Assembly: GCF_000196355.1 (NCBI RefSeq)
Contig: NC_007614.1
Coordinates: 1,860,001-1,892,000, forward strand
Reading direction: 5' to 3'
Length of the DNA stretch: 32,000 nucleotides
Source of the DNA: Nitrosospira multiformis ATCC 25196
Lineage (GTDB): Bacteria; Pseudomonadota; Gammaproteobacteria; Burkholderiales; Nitrosomonadaceae
In this document: positions 18,001 to 24,658 of the stretch, one piece after another
How the letters are laid out: every line of letters starts with the position of its first letter
Numbering within the stretch: position 1 is the first letter of the stretch
Made by a program: the position numbers and the translations under genes
The notes under the pieces: model-generated
Seen by the model: only the letters and a program-made list of their open reading frames with translations
The model's database searches: none
Told to the model about the DNA's origin: nothing

Positions 18001-18086
18001 AAGAGGCCGATGACCGCCAGCAATCCTGATGCAATAAGGACCAGCAGGCGCTGCTGCAGGCAGAACGCAATGATTTTATAAGTCAT
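15027..18086 (-). CDS. czcA: Heavy-metal-efflux RND permease (CusA/CzcA family)
   Basis: 1019-aa ORF with 12-TM RND architecture. The TM4 motif is AIDFGLIVDAAIVLVEAV (HME-type DFG...D...E). ATGA start/stop overlap with the upstream adaptor gene. Confidence 0.93.
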   Translation of the reverse strand: MTYKIIAFCLQQRLLVLIASGLLAVIGLFSFERLPIQPFPDVQNVFVQVVTQYPGQAPEEVEKLITLPIEKEMNGLPDLLNIRSVSIFGLSVVTLTFDDAAEDYFSRQQVLERLKSVSLPAETRPLLGPLSTGIGEIYRYRLEAPGVPLVEQRALQDWVIERTIRYVHGVADVVAFGGGIKEYQVQVDPNKLKNYKLTITDVYTAINANNASIGGGYIEHGNEALVVRGAGLLKSLEEIGNIVIASNQEGVPVFVKNVAEVVIGAAPHTGLVGFNEHDNVVEGIVLLIKGKDANEVLKGVKAKIEFLNNHGLPPGIKIIPFYDRTELVRHTVHTVEHNMLLGATLVLAILVIFLRRFWAALVVIIVIPMSLLFAFILIETWHISANLISLGAIDFGLIVDAAIVLVEAVMVKVTLEMRQHATAAHMRQSMLITAAEMSRPMLFSQAVVIVAFLPIFTFQRVEAKIFSPMAYTLTFAMLGSLIISLTLIPVLLSYMLGPKLTETHNPLVQAMEQRYHKLLEAVLAKPRKLFALAGIALALSLASTPLIGTEFMPKLDEGNIWLTITLPTPVSLNRAKLLEQEIRASILEFPEVKSVLTQLGRPEDGTDPKGFNNLELLIDLKPKETWRYGKKDDLVKAMNKRLQVFPGLLLNFSQVIQDNVEEAISGVKGEIAIKIFGQDLKILQEKANQITGILRTIRGATDVAAEQQSGLAQLLISIDRAKIARYGINISNVEDVIAMAVGGKAATQILEGERRFDVTVRLTAVTRDSVGAIEDITVLSPNGGRIPLAELAEIKVNQGASRIGREDNMRRIAIKCNLIGRDQGSFVAEAQKKVAQQVHLAPGYEIVWSGQFENQQRAMKRLSFIVPVSLILIFLLLFWTFRSTRHASLIVMNVPFALIGGLVALLLTGIHLSVSAAVGFVALFGIAVQNGVILISKVNLLRREGLPLHEAVLQGSISRLRPVAMTALVAMLGLLPAALSTSVGAEAVKPFATVIIGGLMSSTILTLTMLPALYSNFEK

Positions 18087-19237
18087 GGTGCGCTTTCCCC
18101 GGTTTGATGCTCGGTGTCCTGCTCGGTGCGCAACAGCAGGGCGCCATGCACGACCAGGCGCTCACCCGGCTTCAGGCCCTCGAGAATTACGGCGCGGTCC
18201 TTGAGACGCAGGCCTACTTTAACCGGACGCCTGCGGTAGCGGTAATCTCCGATGTTCACATAGACCCAGTCGGACTCGTTCTCGGTAAATAGTGCCGTTA
18301 ATGGCACGACAATTGCAAGATCGCCCGCATCGCTTTGGACATCGATGGCGGCAAACATGGAAGGCAGCAGGCGGCCATCCTCATTAGGCAGAATGCAGCG
18401 CACTTTTACCGTGCGCGAGCTTTCGTCCACCACCTGACTGATGTAGCTGACAGTCGCATTAAAATTCCGGCCGGAATAGGCAGGCACTTTCAGCACAATC
18501 TTCGTGCCTATGTGAATCTGGCCGATATCCTTCTCGAAAATATCCATCTGCACCCATAACTGCTGCAGGTCGGAAATGACAAACAGCGGTGCAACAAGGT
18601 CCGGCCTGACTTCCATCCCAGGATTGATATTGCGTTCCGTAACCGTTCCCGGAATGGATGCGCGCAGGGAAAAGCGGTTATCCATTCGTCCCGGACGCGC
18701 CCCCAGGTTTGCAAGCTTGAGCCTGGCCCGTTCGGCCTCGCTGCGCGTGCGTGTCAGATTATCTTCGGCCTGCTCGTGCTCCTTGCGCGGCGCAATGCCG
18801 TTCTCATACAACTCCTGTATCCGCTGAAAATTCCTCTCGGCGAGATTCAGATCGGCCACGGCGGCCGCGTAAGCGGATTGCGCTTCTCCAAGGTCCGGAC
18901 TATCCAGCACCGCCAGTGTGTCGCCTTTGCGAACCGGTGCCCCCAGGGGGGCAATGTCGCCGATTACGCGTCCGGCAATCGGCGAGGAGACACGCGCCGT
19001 GCGGATTTCGTCATAGGTAATCTTGCCCGTGACAGGATCCATCAATGGCCGCTGAACGAGTTCGATAACGGCCTCCCCGATATACTGACGCTTGGGCGAT
19101 TCCGGCCGCAATATCACTTCGTCTGCAGGCGGCAGAACAGCCGTGTGTTGGGGTTCGCTGTTGTTTTGCTGCTGGCAGGCCAGCAGGGACAGGCACAGCA
19201 ATCCTGTCGCAAGCTGAATAACAAGGTGTAACTTCAT
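18083..19237 (-). CDS. czcB: Efflux RND periplasmic adaptor (membrane fusion protein), lipoprotein
   Basis: 384-aa ORF. Lipobox LSLLAC, a coiled-coil hairpin (AQSAYAAAVADLNLAERNFQRIQELYENG...EHEQAEDNLTRTRSEAERARLKL), and beta-barrel/MP domains. Confidence 0.9.
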   Translation of the reverse strand: MKLHLVIQLATGLLCLSLLACQQQNNSEPQHTAVLPPADEVILRPESPKRQYIGEAVIELVQRPLMDPVTGKITYDEIRTARVSSPIAGRVIGDIAPLGAPVRKGDTLAVLDSPDLGEAQSAYAAAVADLNLAERNFQRIQELYENGIAPRKEHEQAEDNLTRTRSEAERARLKLANLGARPGRMDNRFSLRASIPGTVTERNINPGMEVRPDLVAPLFVISDLQQLWVQMDIFEKDIGQIHIGTKIVLKVPAYSGRNFNATVSYISQVVDESSRTVKVRCILPNEDGRLLPSMFAAIDVQSDAGDLAIVVPLTALFTENESDWVYVNIGDYRYRRRPVKVGLRLKDRAVILEGLKPGERLVVHGALLLRTEQDTEHQTGESAP

Positions 19238-19349
19238 TTCATATTCAAGCCGTTCAGGCGCTGTGGATTAGCTTCATGAAGGAATGATGCAGGATGCGGA
19301 CTGTCAGGATCGGGAAGATGGGATAAACGGCACGTCAGCCTGCAAAGGG

Positions 19350-20789
19350 TTATTTACCGAAATTCACCCGGTGGGAACGCGCGGACCGCCAATCATCCTG
19401 GTTGCTGCCGGATTGATAGCGCGGATTTCCGGTTTCCTCGCCATATGCCATCAGCAAATCAGCCCAGGCTTTGCTGCGGTTTGCCAGCGCGGCATAATAA
19501 TCCAGCATAATTGTCCGATAGCTTCGCTCAGCATCGATCAGATCCAGCACTCCCACTGCCCCTTTTTGATAAGCAATTTCCTGTGCCTTGCGCAATGCCT
19601 CGATTTTTTTGACCACGTAAGTTTCAAAGCGCCGGGCTATGGCGTCGGCGCTTTGCCAAGCTGCCGAGGCCTTCATGACTTCAGCGCGCACGTCATACTC
19701 GGCCTGCCTTAATGCCAGTTCGCTGGAAGTCAAACCTACGCGAGCCTGGGAAATTTCACCTTTTTGCTGGTAGAACAAAGGGATTGGTATGCTGATACCC
19801 ACGCCGCCAGTACGCGGAAACTGGTTACCCTGATCCCGATCGTAGAACGCGCTTATTGTCACATCGGGAATAACCTGCCGTTGCGCGAGTGTGAGCACTT
19901 TTCGCGCCTGGGCGATGCGTATCCTTGCAGCGCGCATATCCGGACGTCGTTCCAGCGCGCGTTCAACCAATTGATCCTGCGTCGCCAGCGCAATCTCGGG
20001 CGTTGCTTGAGGCCAGGTTTCGGCGGCATTGATTTCTATGCTGTTTTCAGGCCAGCCCAGCAGCAATAGCAGGTCGGCCCGTGCCTGATTCAATGCAGCC
20101 CTTGCCTGATCCTGATCGCTTTGAACCTTGAGGCTTTCAACCTCGATACGAACGAAATCCATCTCCGCAACATCGCCTACCTTGAGCCGTATTTCGTTTA
20201 CCCTCAGAATTTCCCGGTAATGCTCGAGGTTATCCCGTGCAACCTTGATCGTCTTCTGGGCCAACAGGAGGTTGTAAAAACTGCGCCGCACGGTGTTTGT
20301 GAGCACGCGTGCAACGTCTTGCACGTCGAAGTTCACAGCCTCGGTAGCCAGCTCGCTGCTTTCTATCCGTAAACGCCGTTTTCCGGCCGTTTCTATGAGC
20401 TGCTGAATCTGCGGTAAATACGCGGGGACTGCCAGGTGACGGCTTTCCGGCGCGAATGCCTTTGGGGCCAGTTCGTGAACTGTAAAACTGAATACCGGAT
20501 TGGGAATCGCTGCGGCGATGATTTCCTGGGCCCTGGCGTTATCGATGTTGAGGCTGGCTGCGATCAAGCCGAGGTTGCGCTGATAGAACAGTGCGATCGC
20601 TTGCTGTTCGGTGATGGAAAATTCCTCTTTTGCAGGTTCTGCCTGAACCGTGAAAGAAGCTGCATGAAGCATTGCCGATATACTCGAAAACAGCATGATC
20701 CCCAGAGCAATTCGTACTGCAGGCAGCACATTGCTCAGAAGATTAAGCACATCAACTTGCTCACGATCAACTAGTACTCCGGGATACAT
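19350..20789 (-). CDS. czcC: TolC-family outer-membrane efflux protein (CzcC-like)
   Basis: 479-aa ORF with two OEP repeats. A signal-peptide-like segment ends ...AASFTVQA/EP. The true start may be internal (for example the Met at 20696) because no clear RBS precedes 20789. Confidence 0.85.
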   Translation of the reverse strand: MYPGVLVDREQVDVLNLLSNVLPAVRIALGIMLFSSISAMLHAASFTVQAEPAKEEFSITEQQAIALFYQRNLGLIAASLNIDNARAQEIIAAAIPNPVFSFTVHELAPKAFAPESRHLAVPAYLPQIQQLIETAGKRRLRIESSELATEAVNFDVQDVARVLTNTVRRSFYNLLLAQKTIKVARDNLEHYREILRVNEIRLKVGDVAEMDFVRIEVESLKVQSDQDQARAALNQARADLLLLLGWPENSIEINAAETWPQATPEIALATQDQLVERALERRPDMRAARIRIAQARKVLTLAQRQVIPDVTISAFYDRDQGNQFPRTGGVGISIPIPLFYQQKGEISQARVGLTSSELALRQAEYDVRAEVMKASAAWQSADAIARRFETYVVKKIEALRKAQEIAYQKGAVGVLDLIDAERSYRTIMLDYYAALANRSKAWADLLMAYGEETGNPRYQSGSNQDDWRSARSHRVNFGK

Positions 20790-21788
20790 ATCTTTACCGC
20801 TGAGTATTACCTAAGCAAGGTGAGGGGCTTTCGGTCCGGATAATTCCGGCACCAGGAAAATGCCTTTCGCACGCCTTCAAGCATGTTCAAAACTCCTACG
20901 AGATGATACGTGAGAGCCTCTGGTACCGAGGGAATAACGCCCGCCTGGTGAGAATCAGGTAGAACCAAAAGAGCGCAGCCTGGTATGTCACATGATAATC
21001 AAATGTTCTTCAACGAGTGTACTTTCCATGAGACTTTTGCTGGGCGAAGATGATGATGGTACTCGCCCCCCACTTTAGTAGATACTCTGCTGGCGGTTGA
21101 AATATGCGCGCGCCTGTGAGGACCGCCGGAATTTTTCTTGGGGATTCCAGGGATTGGAAACAGAAGAAGCAGAAGAAGCAGAGCGCATCAGGCTTCCCAG
21201 AAACAGATCGACGACACGCAGCTGCTTAAGGAACAGCTAATGATGGAGCTGCGGTATGGATTGTGCAGCACCCTCTCAAACATGCAGAAGCGGCGAAGAT
21301 ATTGATGGTTTCGCGCCCGTGTGTATCGGATCAACAAAAAAACCACCAAAATAACTATTTATGGGGTCACCATTCCATACCGAGGTTCTATCTAAAGGGA
21401 TTTTCTGAAGACCAGGCGATATGACGGCATCGACGGGTTAATCCAAATTGCCCCGTCTGCTGATGCCCTCAGTCGAACTCAATTTTCTTGATCCAACGAT
21501 CTTGCTCGTCAAAATAATCGACCTCATAGAATATTGTTGTCAAGGTATACACTTTTTCGACAACGATTTTTGCGGCTCCGCCCCGCAAGGATTGAACGTA
21601 GTGTTGCCGTTCGATCGAAAGAGACGACAGGGGAACGACCTTTTCGAACTCTAATCCTCTATTGTAATTAAACTCCACCGAATAGATCAACGTCTTCCAG
21701 GTCAATCTAGCCTCTAGGTTCAGGACCTATTAATTTCATGATTCACGAATAGGATCAAATGTGATTCACTTATGGCGGAGGTGCTGCC

Positions 21789-22157
21789 ATGAGAGATTTG
21801 TTTTACCTGTCGGAAACACAGTTCAACCGTATAAAACCTTATTTTCCCTTGTCCCACGGAGTTCCCCGTGTTGATGATCTGCGGGTGATCAGCGGGATCA
21901 TCTACGTCATTCGGAATGGCCTGCAATGGAAGGATGCCCCCAGGGAATACGGGCCGCACAAGACACTGTATAACCGTTTCGTGCGCTGGAGCCGACTGGG
22001 CGTGTTCAACCGCATCTTTGTGGAACTGACCGGTAAAGAGGAAACGCCCGAGAGGCTGATGATCGACGCCACGCATCTGAAGGCCCACCGCACGGCAGCC
22101 AGCCTGCTAAAAAAGGGGATGTTCCCCGCCGTATCGGTCGCACAAAGGGCGGCCTGA
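21789..22157 (+). CDS. IS5-family transposase OrfA
   Basis: 122-aa ORF. MRDLFYLSETQFNRIKPYFPLSHGVPRVDDLRVISGIIYVIRNGLQWKDAP is typical of the IS5/IS427 N-terminal domain. Confidence 0.9.
   Translation: MRDLFYLSETQFNRIKPYFPLSHGVPRVDDLRVISGIIYVIRNGLQWKDAPREYGPHKTLYNRFVRWSRLGVFNRIFVELTGKEETPERLMIDATHLKAHRTAASLLKKGMFPAVSVAQRAA
22109..22115 (+). other. Candidate -1 programmed ribosomal frameshift heptamer A AAA AAG joining OrfA to OrfB
   Basis: The orfA frame reads CTA AAA AAG GGG. A -1 shift reads ...KKGDVPRRIGRTKGGLNSKLHVVCDGQGKP, running continuously into OrfB. Confidence 0.65.
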
Positions 22158-22171
22158 ACTCGAAGCTTCAT

Positions 22172-22546
22172 GTGGTCTGCGACGGTCAGGGCAAGCCTGT
22201 GGCCATGCTCCTGTCCGAAGGGCAGATGAGCGATTACAAGGGAGCACGTGTGCTGCTGCCGTCATTGCCCAAAGCCAAAACCCTGATTGCAGACCGCGGC
22301 TATGACGCTGCCTGGTTCCGGGCAGCGTTGCGTGCCAAAGGCATGACGCCCTGCATACCGACAAAAAGGAATCGCAAAATCCAGATCAAATACGACAAGA
22401 CCCTCTACAGGCAAAGGCACAGGATCGAGAACATGTTCGCTCGGCTCAAGGACTGGCGCAGGATCGCCATGCGTTACGACCGCTGTGCCCATACCTTCTT
22501 CTCTGCCATCTGTATCGCCGCAACTGTCATCTTCTATCTCAATTAA
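22172..22546 (+). CDS. IS5-family transposase OrfB (DDE domain part); probably expressed as an OrfAB fusion from about 22115
   Basis: 124-aa ORF with ADRGYDA, TPCIPTKRNRK and YRQRHRIENMFARLKDWRRIAMRYDR, the DDE_Tnp_1-type C-terminus. Confidence 0.9.
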   Translation: MVCDGQGKPVAMLLSEGQMSDYKGARVLLPSLPKAKTLIADRGYDAAWFRAALRAKGMTPCIPTKRNRKIQIKYDKTLYRQRHRIENMFARLKDWRRIAMRYDRCAHTFFSAICIAATVIFYLN

Positions 22547-23102
22547 TGAGTCCTGAGCCTAGTTCTTCAGCCAAAAAAATCACTCTAAGATGGGGATCAT
22601 TTGCAAGTTTGATATGAACAATTGCGCTGTTTAGCATCAATACGCCAGAGATCACCATGGCGCTGTAGCCAACCCGCATGAATAGTCCTCTAGATACCCT
22701 GGGCAAGACGAATTTCATGAAGCCAGAGGATAGAATGGCGGCTAGCGCAACTATCAGGCCGAGTCCTATGGTTTTTAGCTGAAACAAACCCAATGCCGCA
22801 TAAAGATAAAGCTTGATTAAATGCAATAAGACTTCATTCGCAGCACGGGTTGCAATAATTTCATGGCTGCCCAGACCGTAGCGAAAATAAAAACGGTTAA
22901 ACAGGACCCCCACGGCACCGGTCAAACCAGAAATAAAGCCCGCCAAAAAACCGACCATTCTGAGCTGCCATGGTGGAACAGGAAACAATACGACGTGCTT
23001 TTGCTCCTGTTTTCTAAAAAGCCAGGGAAGATTAGAGATAAGAAACAAGCTCATGCACAACTCCAGATACATCGGCTCCAGATAACTTAGGCTCAGGACT
23101 CA

Positions 23103-23477
23103 TTAATTGAGATAGAAGATGACAGTTGCGGCGATACAGATGGCAGAGAAGAAGGTATGGGCACAGCGGTCGTAACGCATGGCGATCCTGCGCCAGTCCT
23201 TGAGCCGAGCGAACATGTTCTCGATCCTGTGCCTTTGCCTGTAGAGGGTCTTGTCGTATTTGATCTGGATTTTGCGATTCCTTTTTGTCGGTATGCAGGG
23301 CGTCATGCCTTTGGCACGCAACGCTGCCCGGAACCAGGCAGCGTCATAGCCGCGGTCTGCAATCAGGGTTTTGGCTTTGGGCAATGACGGCAGCAGCACA
23401 CGTGCTCCCTTGTAATCGCTCATCTGCCCTTCGGACAGGAGCATGGCCACAGGCTTGCCCTGACCGTCGCAGACCAC
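23103..23477 (-). CDS. IS5-family transposase OrfB, copy 2
   Basis: The 124-aa product is identical to 22172..22546. Confidence 0.9.
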   Translation of the reverse strand: MVCDGQGKPVAMLLSEGQMSDYKGARVLLPSLPKAKTLIADRGYDAAWFRAALRAKGMTPCIPTKRNRKIQIKYDKTLYRQRHRIENMFARLKDWRRIAMRYDRCAHTFFSAICIAATVIFYLN

Positions 23478-23491
23478 ATGAAGCTTCGAGT

Positions 23492-23860
23492 TCAGGCCGC
23501 CCTTTGTGCGACCGATACGGCGGGGAACATCCCCTTTTTTAGCAGGCTGGCTGCCGTGCGGTGGGCCTTCAGATGCGTGGCGTCGATCATCAGCCTCTCG
23601 GGCGTTTCCTCTTTACCGGTCAGTTCCACAAAGATGCGGTTGAACACGCCCAGTCGGCTCCAGCGCACGAAACGGTTATACAGTGTCTTGTGCGGCCCGT
23701 ATTCCCTGGGGGCATCCTTCCATTGCAGGCCATTCCGAATGACGTAGATGATCCCGCTGATCACCCGCAGATCATCAACACGGGGAACTCCGTGGGACAA
23801 GGGAAAATAAGGTTTTATACGGTTGAACTGTGTTTCCGACAGGTAAAACAAATCTCTCAT
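23492..23860 (-). CDS. IS5-family transposase OrfA, copy 2
   Basis: The 122-aa product is identical to 21789..22157. Confidence 0.9.
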   Translation of the reverse strand: MRDLFYLSETQFNRIKPYFPLSHGVPRVDDLRVISGIIYVIRNGLQWKDAPREYGPHKTLYNRFVRWSRLGVFNRIFVELTGKEETPERLMIDATHLKAHRTAASLLKKGMFPAVSVAQRAA

Positions 23861-24658
23861 GGCAGCACCTCCGCCATAAGTGAATCACATTTGATCCTAT
23901 TCGTGAATCATGAAATTAATAGGTCCTGAACCTAGCATTTTTACGCCTAAAATCACTCCTACCATAGCTGTTGGCAGAAACAATTTAGCCATATCCCAAC
24001 GAATGGCTTTGAAAAATATCCAGATTCTGGAAAATGAGCTTGTTACGGCTCCAAGAGTAAGTGCTGCTGGAACTTGATTTACCGGAAGAGAATAGCCAAG
24101 GATGGGAATCAATAATAATCCGGCGCCTCCTCCACAAAATGCGCTAAGTGAAAATGCCAGAAAGGCGGCGAGAAAGAGGTAGAGATACAACATGATAGTG
24201 AAAGAAGCCGGTAAAGAAGCAGGCTGGACTTAAGCTAAGTTTAGTACGATCATCCAATTACGGCCGGGAGGCTTATCTGCAGCTGCTGGAGTTGCCCCTA
24301 TGAAACCGGACAGGATGCGGTTAGTGTTAGTAATTGACCGCGGGATGAATAGTCATGGGGATTTCATCTCCAGCCCTTTATGAGATACTCATTGTAATCC
24401 TCGAACCCCTGGTCAAACTGTGACATGACGGTTTTTACATGGAGGACCATCAATGCACATGGACATAATCCCTTTTAAGGGTTTCACGAAGATTCGCCAT
24501 TGGCGCATACAGTTCTGGCCCTCTCGGACTTGGAGCAGCTTATCGATGGCTAAGCTGATCGTTCGTGAGCGGTGGGACCAATAGCTTGCAGATTCTCCGC
24601 GCACTTCCGGGCAGGGTGCTAGCCTTAATATCACATAATTTCGCTCGTTATCCTTCGT

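Larger units (their letters stand above)
21717..22559 (+). mobile_element. IS5-family (IS427-group) insertion sequence, 843 bp, copy 1
   Basis: The imperfect terminal IRs are GGTTCAGGACCTATTAATT and GGCTCAGGACTCATTAATT (16/19). TA is duplicated at 21715-16 and 22560-61 (target CTAG). It has two overlapping transposase ORFs with an A6G slippery site. It is identical to the copy at 23090..23932. Confidence 0.93.
23090..23932 (-). mobile_element. IS5-family (IS427-group) insertion sequence, 843 bp, copy 2 (inverted relative to copy 1)
   Basis: Same ends and identical ORF products as copy 1. TA is duplicated at 23088-89 and 23933-34 (target CTAA in element orientation). Confidence 0.93.
21469..24193 (-). 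pseudogene. TauE/SafE (DUF81)-family membrane protein gene with a C-terminal extra domain, split into three pieces by two IS insertions
   Basis: The pieces are 24193..23935, 23089..22562 and 21716..21469. Removing each IS plus one TA copy joins them in frame (…GVKML|SYLEPMYLEL… and …IFLAEEL|EARLTWKTLIY…). The result is 1035 nt, or 344 codons plus stop. The N-terminus AFCGGGAGLLLIPIL is typical of TauE. Confidence 0.8.

Noticed and set aside
21717-23932. Composite transposon formed by the two inverted IS copies
   Set aside because: Each IS has its own TA target duplication. The 530-bp interior is simply the middle of the disrupted TauE gene and remains colinear and in frame with both flanks. 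This means two independent insertions, not a mobilised cargo.
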